Source: a virus
Strand: one strand, 5' to 3'
Length of the DNA stretch: 64,000 nucleotides
Virus record (IMG/VR): IMGVR_UViG_3300032092_000004
Location: 64,001-128,000 of that record
Made by a program: the position numbers and the translations under genes
Shown here: positions 48,448 to 57,742 of the stretch, piece after piece
Numbering within the stretch: the first letter of the stretch is position 1
Layout: each line of letters begins with the position of its first letter
Notes under the pieces: generated by a model
Databases searched by the model: none
Told to the model about the DNA's origin: nothing
The model's input: only the letters and a program-made list of their open reading frames with translations

Positions 48448-48669
48448 ATGAAAACACTTGATTTACATGGAGTTAAACATGCAGATGTTCCAAAATTGAT
48501 GGATCAATTTTTATGGGAACAGATGAATAAAAAAACTATAGAAGTTGAGATCATTACAGGATTGAGTACGACCATGAGAGAAATTGTAATAAAAAATTTA
48601 AAAGATTATGATTTTATTTACAACGATGGGTGGAACAATCCTGGTAAGGTATTGGTTAAATTAACATAA
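48448..48669 (+). CDS. stand-alone Smr-domain protein
   Basis: TLDLHG, IITG, NPG. Confidence 0.75.
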   Translation: MKTLDLHGVKHADVPKLMDQFLWEQMNKKTIEVEIITGLSTTMREIVIKNLKDYDFIYNDGWNNPGKVLVKLT

Positions 48670-48684
48670 TAAAAAAAGTTGAAT

Positions 48685-48713
48685 CCCCCGGTTGAATAAG
48701 TCGGGGGTTTTTT
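48685..48713 (+). terminator. intrinsic terminator
   Basis: CCCCCGG..TCGGGGG followed by T run. Confidence 0.7.
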
Positions 48714-48726
48714 GTATCTTTACTTT

Positions 48727-50484
48727 ATGTTAGAAGTAGAAGGTAAAACATTTCATAAGTTTGTAGAGATAAAGAACTATAGAACTAGTTTATATCTTAA
48801 CTATTGTGATATAAATCAAAAAGATAGAAATGTCTTAGGTTTGTATGTTGAAACAAAACATAAAGACAAGTTCTTTTCTGATGTTCAGTTCTATACTGAA
48901 GATGCTTTTGTTAAACATTTTGGAAATCCATTTGCGTCAGTCCATTTTGATAGAGTAAGATTATTCATAGAAGAGGGTGATGATAAAATATCAATCAAAC
49001 ACCAATTTCACATAAAAAATAGACAAGTAGGTGGTAGGTACTTCACAGAAAGAAAGGTAACAAACTACCTCACATTCAATTTCAAAAAGAAAATGTTTTA
49101 TTCAGGAACATTCTCAACCAAAAAGAAACAAGTTATTGGAAGAAGTATGAAAGTGAATCCAACATACTTCGTTATAGAAACTTTTTTAAGGAGTCTTAGA
49201 ATTGAAAATAGTGTTGCTGTGGAACAGTACCTTTATTTTTTCTTAGAAAAGATTTGGGATAGAATGGGGATTGAAAACCCACAAAACTTTCAGTGGGATT
49301 GTATGAGGTCTTTTTATAGTTTAACTTACTATTTGGTTAATGGTATTAAAATCCCAAACAATTGGAGAAAATTCACAGGCACATTCTTTTCTAAAAAAGA
49401 ATTGAAGAAGTTTGATATGAACTTGGTTGATACCGCGATGGATAAACTAAAACTCAAAGGATCCAAAGTTAAACAGATTTTCAATGAAATGGAATGGATT
49501 GATTTTGATAGGTTGTATATGGTTTATAACATTTTAGGTATTGACAGGTTTAATAAAATTGAAAACAAAGTATTTGACCCATACTATGGCGATGAGACAA
49601 TGCCAATTGAGATGAATCAAATGGGTGCGTCTTATGAATGTTTTTATTCAGATAAAGAACAATTTAGTCGATATTTCTTGGGTAGAATATTAGTTCCTTT
49701 AACTCCAAAAGAAAAAGATAGAATTTTAGATTTGATGCCATATTTTGACCATTATAAATGGAGAACCTTAATTGATCATTTAGAGATGAAAAAAGATTTA
49801 ATGAATCTTGGAGAGGATGTTAAATTTAAATTCACAAACATGAGTAGTTTTAATTTAGAACACGAGGAGTTTAGTCGTCTTTTACAATCATACAGAAAAG
49901 GTGAGGTTGAAAGATTTTATGGTAATGCCGATAGTTTAGAAACTCCAATTGAACACGAAGGTGAAACATATTATCCGGTACTTCTTACTAAAACATCGGA
50001 CTACGAAAAAGAATCACAACACCAACGAAATTGTGTTAGAACTTATAGTGAAAGGCCTGATTGTATTATATTCTCAATTCGTAAAGGATCCTCAGATGGT
50101 GATGATAGAGTTACGGTTGAATACCAATACAGAAAAAATGAGATATTGAATGTTCAAGAGAGAGCGAAGTTTAATGCTTTACCTTCAGATGAGTTTTCAC
50201 AAGTTGCCAAAATACAACTTGCGAACATCAACCTTATGTATAAACTTGGAACTTTGAAGTTGCCAAGGTTGGTTAAAAAATATCGTAGCGGTAAAGTTAT
50301 TGAACAACAAGCAACCTTTGATGAAATGAGTGTGAGTGAGAAAAGATATGAATCAAGAATTATAAATATGACACCACAATGGGACACCTACACACCTGAA
50401 TTACAAAATTGGCAAAATGAACTTTTGGACTATAATGAAATACCTGTTAGAGATTTTGCTGATTGGATTGATGAATTACCATAA
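48727..50484 (+). CDS. PcfJ-like domain protein
   Basis: ESQHQRNCVRTY, IFSIR, VTVEY, VQ.RAKFN. Confidence 0.7.
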   Translation: MLEVEGKTFHKFVEIKNYRTSLYLNYCDINQKDRNVLGLYVETKHKDKFFSDVQFYTEDAFVKHFGNPFASVHFDRVRLFIEEGDDKISIKHQFHIKNRQVGGRYFTERKVTNYLTFNFKKKMFYSGTFSTKKKQVIGRSMKVNPTYFVIETFLRSLRIENSVAVEQYLYFFLEKIWDRMGIENPQNFQWDCMRSFYSLTYYLVNGIKIPNNWRKFTGTFFSKKELKKFDMNLVDTAMDKLKLKGSKVKQIFNEMEWIDFDRLYMVYNILGIDRFNKIENKVFDPYYGDETMPIEMNQMGASYECFYSDKEQFSRYFLGRILVPLTPKEKDRILDLMPYFDHYKWRTLIDHLEMKKDLMNLGEDVKFKFTNMSSFNLEHEEFSRLLQSYRKGEVERFYGNADSLETPIEHEGETYYPVLLTKTSDYEKESQHQRNCVRTYSERPDCIIFSIRKGSSDGDDRVTVEYQYRKNEILNVQERAKFNALPSDEFSQVAKIQLANINLMYKLGTLKLPRLVKKYRSGKVIEQQATFDEMSVSEKRYESRIINMTPQWDTYTPELQNWQNELLDYNEIPVRDFADWIDELP

Positions 50485-50502
50485 AATTATTATATTTGTA
50501 AA

Positions 50503-50781
50503 ATGGAAGACAAACAGTACGAGTTACTAAACGAAATGATCGTTAAAATTAACGAGGCAAGAACCTATAACATAATTTCAGGTATACTTATACTTCTTTG
50601 GGTTATTGAATGTTTCTTTGAAATTTTTTGGATTCAAAAATTTGATGGGTTTTATTGGGTAATTTGGATTTTTTGTATGGTTGGTTGGTACCACATGAAT
50701 CAAAAGTTCAGAGGTGCTATGAATGAATATGAAGAATTAAAAAAAGAATACGATATAAGATTTGATGATGAAAACAATTAA
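50503..50781 (+). CDS. two-TM membrane protein
   Basis: hydrophobic pair; TATATTTG 4 nt upstream. Confidence 0.6.
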   Translation: MEDKQYELLNEMIVKINEARTYNIISGILILLWVIECFFEIFWIQKFDGFYWVIWIFCMVGWYHMNQKFRGAMNEYEELKKEYDIRFDDENN

Positions 50782-51013
50782 TATTTTACTACTAACTATT
50801 TTATTATTTTCCTGTACAGGAAAAAAATACAAGTACGAAATTAAAGGAAAAGTTTATGTACCAACCTCAGGAGTAAACCCTCTACACGACGCAATTTGGT
50901 ACACAGACACAATAAATTTTGATGGAGATACGATATATTACTTCAACAGTGATGGATCTGAAGTCAGAATCAATCCACCATTTATTTTAATTGATCATAC
51001 ATTAGACAAATGA
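50762..51013 (+). CDS. lipoprotein
   Basis: LLFSC lipobox. Confidence 0.65.
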   Translation: MMMKTINILLLTILLFSCTGKKYKYEIKGKVYVPTSGVNPLHDAIWYTDTINFDGDTIYYFNSDGSEVRINPPFILIDHTLDK

Positions 51014-51591
51014 AAATATACAAACAACTACCTATCCCTGAAGATAGTGCTTGGAGTAGAAATACTTTATACGGTAAACTACATTGGAGAATAAGATATT
51101 TCCTTACCGGTATTAAAAACATCATCAGATGGATACCAACTATATATCATGACAGAGATTGGGATGGAGATTATATTTTAAAGATCTTACAAAAGAAAAT
51201 AGAGTACCAAAGAAAAGAACTTGTCAATGCCAATAGACATACAGAGGTTGAAAGAGATAATCGTTATATGACCTTGGCTCTTAACTTACTTGAAAGAGTC
51301 AGACAAGACCACTATTCATTAGAGTGTATGGATTATTGGGATAATACTATGAGTTTTGAGGATGTACCAGATAACCCAAACTTAAAATCTATTGAGATTG
51401 AAACAACTGCGGAAAGATTTGAAGAGTACTTAAATAAATATCCTTCTTCAGTTCGTGCTATCATTAAAGAACATGGTGAACAAGATGACAAAAAACGTTT
51501 ATGTTTATTAGTATCTTACTATAATCATAATAAAGCAAATAAACTTCTTTTCCGAGTTTTAGAGGAAAGACTAGCCCAATGGTGGGATTAA
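51010..51591 (+). CDS. hypothetical protein
   Basis: W.P.I..DRDWD and terminal WWD. Confidence 0.65.
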   Translation: MKIYKQLPIPEDSAWSRNTLYGKLHWRIRYFLTGIKNIIRWIPTIYHDRDWDGDYILKILQKKIEYQRKELVNANRHTEVERDNRYMTLALNLLERVRQDHYSLECMDYWDNTMSFEDVPDNPNLKSIEIETTAERFEEYLNKYPSSVRAIIKEHGEQDDKKRLCLLVSYYNHNKANKLLFRVLEERLAQWWD

Positions 51592-51601
51592 AAACAAAAT
51601 T

Positions 51602-51781
51602 ATGCAAGACAAAAGAATTATACACGGACAATTGATGAATGAACATCGAAAATTAGCAAACGAGATTGCCGATATCAAGGCAAATAGTTACGAACTAAAT
51701 GAGGAAGAAAAAAGAAAGGTTGCCGATCTACAAAGACGACAAATGGTCATAATGAAACAACTTGAAAATTTGTTTAGATAG
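51602..51781 (+). CDS. small helical protein (not in ORF track)
   Basis: MQDKRIIHGQLMNEHRKLANEIADIK... Confidence 0.55.
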   Translation: MQDKRIIHGQLMNEHRKLANEIADIKANSYELNEEEKRKVADLQRRQMVIMKQLENLFR

Positions 51782-51782
51782 T

Positions 51783-52709
51783 ATGAGAGTAGTTGTAACT
51801 GGAGGAGCGGGATTTATTGGTTCCGCATTTATAAATTATTTATTGGATAACTTTGAATGTGATGTTCTTTGTGTTGATAAACTAACATATGCCGGACGTA
51901 GAGAGAACATTAAACATAATGTTTCATTTTTACAAAAAGATATTTGTGACGTAACTGCCGATGAATTAGGTGAATTTGATTATATGGTTCATTTTGCTGC
52001 AGAATCACATGTTGACAATTCAATCACTAACGGGTTACCATTTGTGAGAACAAACGTAGAAGGAACATTCAACCTATTAGAGATATCAAGAAAAAATAAA
52101 AACCTTAAGAAATTTATTCACATCTCAACAGATGAAGTTTATGGTGACATGGATGATCATATCGCAATCAATCACATAGCACAAGAAGGAGATAACTTAT
52201 CACCAAGTTCATATTATTCGGCAACAAAGGCCGCTTCGGATATGTTGGTATTATCTGCTAACAGAACTTACGGATTACCTTATTTGATCACAAGAACTTG
52301 TAATAACTTTGGTGAACATCAGTTTGAAGAAAAGTTTTTACCAACAATTGCAAGATCAATCCAAGAAGGAAAACCAATACCTGTTTATGGTGATGGAAAA
52401 CAAGTCAGAGAGTGGATGTATGTTCATGATAACGTTAAAGTTATTTGTGATTTCATGTTTGATGATACTATCATTAACCAAATAATGAATATTGGAACAG
52501 GATTTAGAGTTACAAATTTGGATATCATTAATAAGATTGCATCGATTCTAAATAAAGAAGTTCAAATAAAACATGTTGAAGATAGATTAGGTCATGATAG
52601 AAAGTACGGACTATTTTCAAAAAAGATGATGTGGTTTTATCAAAAAAAAGAAGAGACAATTGACTTTAAAAACCTTTATAATTATTTAGAAGAACAATAT
52701 GGAAAATAG
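51783..52709 (+). CDS. rfbB: dTDP-glucose 4,6-dehydratase
   Basis: TGGAGFIG, DKLTYAG, AAESHVD, STDEVYG, YSATK, R.GHDRKY. Confidence 0.92.
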   Translation: MRVVVTGGAGFIGSAFINYLLDNFECDVLCVDKLTYAGRRENIKHNVSFLQKDICDVTADELGEFDYMVHFAAESHVDNSITNGLPFVRTNVEGTFNLLEISRKNKNLKKFIHISTDEVYGDMDDHIAINHIAQEGDNLSPSSYYSATKAASDMLVLSANRTYGLPYLITRTCNNFGEHQFEEKFLPTIARSIQEGKPIPVYGDGKQVREWMYVHDNVKVICDFMFDDTIINQIMNIGTGFRVTNLDIINKIASILNKEVQIKHVEDRLGHDRKYGLFSKKMMWFYQKKEETIDFKNLYNYLEEQYGK

Positions 52710-52944
52710 AAGCAGACACTACGGAGATGTAGGAAAATGGATTGAAAAAGTAATTGACTCTTGTAAGACAACTGATCAAGTTATGACAACAAGAAAATTA
52801 ATTAAAAACTTTGACAAACAAATACAAAATAAACATATTGACGCTTACTGGCACACATACTATTACGAGTTAATACAACCACTTGAATACTACCTACAAA
52901 GTAAAAGCGACGAAATCTTTAATGAAAAACTCAAACAATGTTAG
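52699..52944 (+). CDS. hypothetical protein
   Basis: WIEKVIDSC motif. Confidence 0.6.
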   Translation: MENRSRHYGDVGKWIEKVIDSCKTTDQVMTTRKLIKNFDKQIQNKHIDAYWHTYYYELIQPLEYYLQSKSDEIFNEKLKQC

Positions 52945-53189
52945 GGTATTTAATAACTAAAAATGATGAGTGGATGGTGAAATATGATGATGGTGGAAAT
53001 TTAAAGTTCTACCCATTATGCCCTGATACTCAAAAATGGTCAGAAAAACCTGAAACTAAAAAATTTTTAAAAGAAGAAATTGAGGTGGTATTTGATTTCA
53101 TTGTTATGGGTGAATATTGTGAAACCAAAGAACAAATGACCAAAAATTACTTTGCAAAAATTAAACGAATAGAACACCACAGTTTATAA
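52938..53189 (+). CDS. hypothetical protein
   Basis: ORF. Confidence 0.55.
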   Translation: MLGYLITKNDEWMVKYDDGGNLKFYPLCPDTQKWSEKPETKKFLKEEIEVVFDFIVMGEYCETKEQMTKNYFAKIKRIEHHSL

Positions 53190-53632
53190 TGAAAGATTTA
53201 ACAAACTTCAGAATCATCAGATTCGAATACCCATTCCCAACGGAAGAACTTACGGTAAGAATTTGGGATAAGATGGATGAAACTGAAACAAAATGGGCAA
53301 TCCAATTGACCTTGAAAGGAATTAATGATACGGGAGATTCGCCTATGGGTTCTTGGGATATATTCTTCTTGGATGATAAGTTACAAGAAAAAATTGAAGA
53401 GATATTAAAAAAGTATGACGTACCTTTCAAGATAGAAGATCGTAGCGATCGTTTATTAAATGATCTTGAATACTTCTCAGAAGAATTTTTGGAAAAATTA
53501 GATTCGTACTTAGGTGAGAATTTGACTATTGATGATATTTTGGATAGAATTTTAGAAGTAGGTTATGAAAATATAACTGTGTTTGAAAAATACTATTTAG
53601 GAAACAACATCGAGATTAGAGAAAAAAAATGA
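53189..53632 (+). CDS. hypothetical protein with C-terminal DUF6576-like motif
   Basis: LTIDDILDRILEVGYENITVFEKYYL. Confidence 0.55.
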   Translation: MKDLTNFRIIRFEYPFPTEELTVRIWDKMDETETKWAIQLTLKGINDTGDSPMGSWDIFFLDDKLQEKIEEILKKYDVPFKIEDRSDRLLNDLEYFSEEFLEKLDSYLGENLTIDDILDRILEVGYENITVFEKYYLGNNIEIREKK

Positions 53633-54732
53633 AAAATCCAACAGGAAATAAATTAGAGAAACTTATCTTTGGGATGTTTGACCAAATGGTTGAAGGTGCC
53701 GACAAGTATGTGACAAAACAAGAATCGACTTGGTTGATCTTCACCGAAGACAAAAGATGGGTGATTGAGTTCACAAGAGATAAAACCTTATGGTTCAATT
53801 ATAACATATTCCAAAGTGAGTTGGAACTAATCGGTAAGGACTGTACCGAAGAAAGAGATTTGATTAAGAGATGGTTTGAATCAAGATTTTTGAATAAACC
53901 AAAGGTGAAAGAGGCCCATCATGTTGATGTTATGAAGTTTTTTGATAAAAAAATGGAAAATACAATTGAAAATGGGGTGAAGAACACCTTGGGTAAAAAC
54001 TATGACCCTACGCGAGGTGTTGAAGACATCATTCAAAATGGAGTGAAACGCACCGAAGTCGATGAACACAAAATCATATCCGATATTAAAGATGTGATTC
54101 AAAATGGTGTGAAGGAAACAAAACGCAATTATGACGGTTCAAGAAAACAGAGAACAAAATACGTCATTGAAAATGGGGTGAAGGAAGCAACACCTAGCGG
54201 TTATTTGGGTTCAATAGAGATGAAAGGTAAAATAGTTCATCAAATTGAATCTCCAAAACAAAATAATGAGGTTGAAGACACCATTCAAAATGGTGTGAAG
54301 GAAACCAAAGAGAATAGACTTATTCGTACCATAAGTGTTATAAGTACGATTAATAATGGTGTAAAAGAAACTAAAGAAAGTATGTTGGAAAGTTTGGAAC
54401 AAATAGACCATCAGGTAACTAATTGTGAGATTACCGAAAGTATTAACGACGTAATTGAAAATGGAGTTAAAGAAATTAAAGAAATTTCAAATATTAGTTT
54501 AACGTCTGAAATTTTTAAGGTTAAAGCAAAACAAGCAATAAGTGATGGTGTTAAAGAAATACAACCACTACCAGCACAAGATGGTAATAGAGATTGGGGG
54601 TTATATTACCAAAGACAAGGAAACCTAACAAAACCACATACTGAATACGTGAAAGAAATAATTGAAGATTCTTACAATCATATGGGTAGAGTTGAGGGTG
54701 TAATTAGAAATACAGATAAAGATGGGATTTGA
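53629..54732 (+). CDS. protein with interspersed I(Q/E)NGVKE repeats
   Basis: 8 motif copies separated by unrelated spacers. Confidence 0.7.
   Translation: MKNPTGNKLEKLIFGMFDQMVEGADKYVTKQESTWLIFTEDKRWVIEFTRDKTLWFNYNIFQSELELIGKDCTEERDLIKRWFESRFLNKPKVKEAHHVDVMKFFDKKMENTIENGVKNTLGKNYDPTRGVEDIIQNGVKRTEVDEHKIISDIKDVIQNGVKETKRNYDGSRKQRTKYVIENGVKEATPSGYLGSIEMKGKIVHQIESPKQNNEVEDTIQNGVKETKENRLIRTISVISTINNGVKETKESMLESLEQIDHQVTNCEITESINDVIENGVKEIKEISNISLTSEIFKVKAKQAISDGVKEIQPLPAQDGNRDWGLYYQRQGNLTKPHTEYVKEIIEDSYNHMGRVEGVIRNTDKDGI
53956..54561 (+). repeat. repeat-spacer-like coding array ATT(C/G)AAAATGGnGT(G/A/T)AA
   Basis: conserved ~30-nt core, base period about 66 nt, some longer spacers. Confidence 0.7.
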
Positions 54733-55039
54733 TAAGAAGATATTAGATTTGAGTAGAACAATCTACCAAACATCTGTAATGGTATATGGGTCAAAACAGA
54801 ATCCAACGGAACAGATTGGTAAGATAAAAGATATGATCCGTGAGTTCATTAGAACAGAAGTTGTTCCTTATGAGTTGACAAATCAAGAAAAATTGTCTTT
54901 TATTTTAAAAAACGAGGGAATTATTAACGAGGCGGTTGTCAAAGGACACAAGGCAAGTAATGGAGACGAGTTCCAACCTGTCAGAGACAAAATAAGAAAA
55001 TACAGAATTGAATTAGGAATTATTAAAGATGGAAAATAA
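54722..55039 (+). CDS. hypothetical protein
   Basis: ORF. Confidence 0.6.
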   Translation: MGFDKKILDLSRTIYQTSVMVYGSKQNPTEQIGKIKDMIREFIRTEVVPYELTNQEKLSFILKNEGIINEAVVKGHKASNGDEFQPVRDKIRKYRIELGIIKDGK

Positions 55040-55214
55040 CATAGAACAAAGTCCTGTAGACTGGTTAGTTGATCAGTACAAAAAAGTTGGTGGGATTTCT
55101 ATTAGTATGGCAGAAAAGGCCAAACAAATGGAGAATGAAAAATTGGAATCCCTCAAAGATTTTGAAACTTGGAAAGAATGGAAAAATAGACCAGAAGATG
55201 AACAAACTAGATAA
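55029..55214 (+). CDS. hypothetical protein
   Basis: Q.PV.WL...EKAKQME motif. Confidence 0.55.
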   Translation: MENNIEQSPVDWLVDQYKKVGGISISMAEKAKQMENEKLESLKDFETWKEWKNRPEDEQTR

Positions 55215-56178
55215 ACAATACCAAGATTTACTCCAATCAATCTTAGATTACGGAGTTGAAAAGAAAGACAGAACAGGTACAGGAACCAAAAGTATTTTTG
55301 GTTATACCATTCGTCATAATATGCAAGATGGATTTCCAGTTCTTACAACCAAGAAAATGGCTTGGAAAACTATGGTAACCGAGTTATTATGGTTCCTTCG
55401 TGGCGATACAAACATCAAGTTCCTTGTTGATAATAATTGTCATATTTGGGATGGTGATGCTTATAAACGATATAAAAATACTAATCCTGATAAATTAGCT
55501 AATGATGAAATGTTTGAAAAAGAGTATAGAATAGATAATAAAACATTTAGATATTTTACTCAAGAAGAATTCATCAACAAAATCAAAACAAATGATGAGT
55601 TTGCTAAAAAGTGGGGTGAACTCGGTCCTGTGTATGGTAAGCAATGGAGAAAATGGGGTATTGAATGGGAAGACACTGAAAGTATCATATACATAGACCA
55701 AATTCAAAACCTAATCAACGACCTTAAAACAAATCCTGACTCAAGACGATTGATGGTTAATGCTTGGAATGTAGGTGAATTAGACCAAATGACACTTCCA
55801 CCTTGTCATTATGGATTTCAATGTTATGTCAGAGAGGGTAAATATCTTTCTTTAATGTGGAACCAACGTTCAGTAGATACATTTTTAGGCTTACCATTCA
55901 ACATTGCATCTTATGGATTGTTACTTACAATTTTGGCAAAAGAGGTAAATATGATTCCTGACCAATTGATTGGAAACTTGGGTGATACTCACTTATACTT
56001 AAATCATATTGAACAAGCGAAAGAACAGATTGGTAGAGAACCATTTGAGTTACCGACACTAAATCAATTCCCAACTTATGAAGGGTCAAGACCAAGTATT
56101 GAATCTTATGTTGTAAGTGACTTCAGATTAAAAGATTATCAATCACAACCATCAATTAAAGCACCATTATCAAATTGA
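55198..56178 (+). CDS. thyA: thymidylate synthase
   Basis: DRTGTGT, ELLWFLRG, LGPVYG.QWR, LPPCH, QRSVD.FLGLPFN, DTHLY.NH. Confidence 0.95.
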   Translation: MNKLDKQYQDLLQSILDYGVEKKDRTGTGTKSIFGYTIRHNMQDGFPVLTTKKMAWKTMVTELLWFLRGDTNIKFLVDNNCHIWDGDAYKRYKNTNPDKLANDEMFEKEYRIDNKTFRYFTQEEFINKIKTNDEFAKKWGELGPVYGKQWRKWGIEWEDTESIIYIDQIQNLINDLKTNPDSRRLMVNAWNVGELDQMTLPPCHYGFQCYVREGKYLSLMWNQRSVDTFLGLPFNIASYGLLLTILAKEVNMIPDQLIGNLGDTHLYLNHIEQAKEQIGREPFELPTLNQFPTYEGSRPSIESYVVSDFRLKDYQSQPSIKAPLSN

Positions 56179-56423
56179 TTATGAGAACAATTAAAATTAG
56201 ATTTGTAAAAAATAAAAAGGGTTATTACAACATCCAAAGAAAGGGATGGTTTGGTAAATGGAAATATATTGGGTATTCCGTTGATATGGGATATGGTGGT
56301 TATCACTCATATTATAGTGGAGAAACAAAAGAGGTGTTACTTGAGGAAGTTTTAGATACACATTACGAAGTATGTAGAAAACATGTTGAGATTATAGAAT
56401 ACCCAACAATAAAAATTTATTAA
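56175..56423 (+). CDS. hypothetical protein
   Basis: ORF. Confidence 0.55.
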   Translation: MIMRTIKIRFVKNKKGYYNIQRKGWFGKWKYIGYSVDMGYGGYHSYYSGETKEVLLEEVLDTHYEVCRKHVEIIEYPTIKIY

Positions 56424-56428
56424 AGATT

Positions 56429-57154
56429 ATGAATTACGGAAAAGAGTTTAGAAGTTTCGCAAAAAGCGAAGGAATTAGTTCACTGGCGTTGGACCAGTTT
56501 GAAGCATCACTAACCCCATACATTTTGGAGGAAAGAGAATTAAGAGCAACACAAATCGATATCTTCTCGAGATTGATGCGTGACCGTATCTTGTGGTTGT
56601 CAGGGCCTGTCGATCAAAGAATGTCTGACATTGTACAAGCACAATTATTGTTTTTGGATTCAGTTGAGAAGAAAGACATCACACTTTATATCAATAGTCC
56701 TGGTGGTTCTGTGATGTGTGGTCTTGGAATTGTAGATTTGATGAACTACGTAAGTTCAGATATTGTAACCACAAACTTGGGTATGTGTGCATCTATGGGT
56801 TCAGTTCTTGTGTCATCAGGAACAAAAGGAAAAAGATCATCTTTGATACACGCAAAAGTAATGACTCACCAAGTAAGTCACGGAACACGAGGAAACATCC
56901 AAGATACTCGTATTGATCAAATGGAAGGTGAAAAATACAATTACATCTTATTTAAAATCTTAGCCGAAAATTGTGGTAGAACATTTCAGGAGGTATTAGA
57001 TTTTTCGTCAAGAGATAGATGGTACAATTCAGAAGAAGCAAAAGAGTTCGGACTTATTGATGATATAATCGGAGCGGATAAAAACAAATCAATTACAAAC
57101 TACTTGGATGGTTTTGATGATTATTACAAGAAAGAAGTATTGGGTGTGAAGTAA
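56429..57154 (+). CDS. clpP: ATP-dependent Clp protease proteolytic subunit
   Basis: DIFSRLMRDRI, YINSPGGSV, CASMGS, MTHQ, RDRW. Confidence 0.95.
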   Translation: MNYGKEFRSFAKSEGISSLALDQFEASLTPYILEERELRATQIDIFSRLMRDRILWLSGPVDQRMSDIVQAQLLFLDSVEKKDITLYINSPGGSVMCGLGIVDLMNYVSSDIVTTNLGMCASMGSVLVSSGTKGKRSSLIHAKVMTHQVSHGTRGNIQDTRIDQMEGEKYNYILFKILAENCGRTFQEVLDFSSRDRWYNSEEAKEFGLIDDIIGADKNKSITNYLDGFDDYYKKEVLGVK

Positions 57155-57191
57155 ATATTTACACCCAAATATTTTTAATTAAAATTAAATT

Positions 57192-57482
57192 ATGGAAAAA
57201 GAAATATTAAAAGAAACGGTAAGCAAAGAAAGACCAGCACCGCAAAAGAAAAGAAATTACAAACCAAGAAAGAAAAAAGAAACTAAACAAGAAGAATTTA
57301 CAGGTTTAGAAATGGAAATGGTCCAAAGATCAAATGAAATACATAGTATCATAAAACCAAACCAAGCAGGTTCTTACAAGGTTGGAAAGAACTTTCACAT
57401 TTTCTTTGAGAAAAAACCAAATTCAATACACAGATTCTTCACCAAATTATTTTTGGGTTGGATATGGCAAGACCAAAAATAA
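57192..57482 (+). CDS. hypothetical basic protein
   Basis: ORF. Confidence 0.55.
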   Translation: MEKEILKETVSKERPAPQKKRNYKPRKKKETKQEEFTGLEMEMVQRSNEIHSIIKPNQAGSYKVGKNFHIFFEKKPNSIHRFFTKLFLGWIWQDQK

Positions 57483-57712
57483 AAAGAATTCATGTGAATC
57501 AACATCACATCAGATCTAATAAAACAAAAGGAACTGATCTACCTGTCATTACAATAAAGGAAGGTAAAACAAATACCTATTGTAATGAAGTTGAAATCTT
57601 AGGTCCAAGTAAAATTATATATGGTGGATCAGGTTGTGATGAAAAACCACTTTTGAGTTGTGGAGCAAGAGTGGTGATTGAAACTACAAGTGATATAAAT
57701 ATTATATCATAA
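57458..57712 (+). CDS. conserved-type phage hypothetical protein
   Basis: IHVNQH.I, PVITIK, SCGARV.IET. Confidence 0.65.
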   Translation: MDMARPKIKRIHVNQHHIRSNKTKGTDLPVITIKEGKTNTYCNEVEILGPSKIIYGGSGCDEKPLLSCGARVVIETTSDINIIS

Positions 57713-57738
57713 AAAAACCCCGAGTGATCGGGGTTTTG
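57711..57738. terminator. bidirectional terminator
   Basis: AAAACCCCGA-GTGA-TCGGGGTTTT between convergent genes. Confidence 0.8.
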
Positions 57739-57742
57739 TGTT

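Noticed and set aside
53956-54561. CRISPR array
   Set aside because: The repeats are degenerate at synonymous positions, stay in frame within an ORF and have irregular spacer lengths; no cas genes are present.
55440-55610. Intron or intein in thyA
   Set aside because: The extra segment is short and in frame, in the known variable region, without splice or intein motifs.
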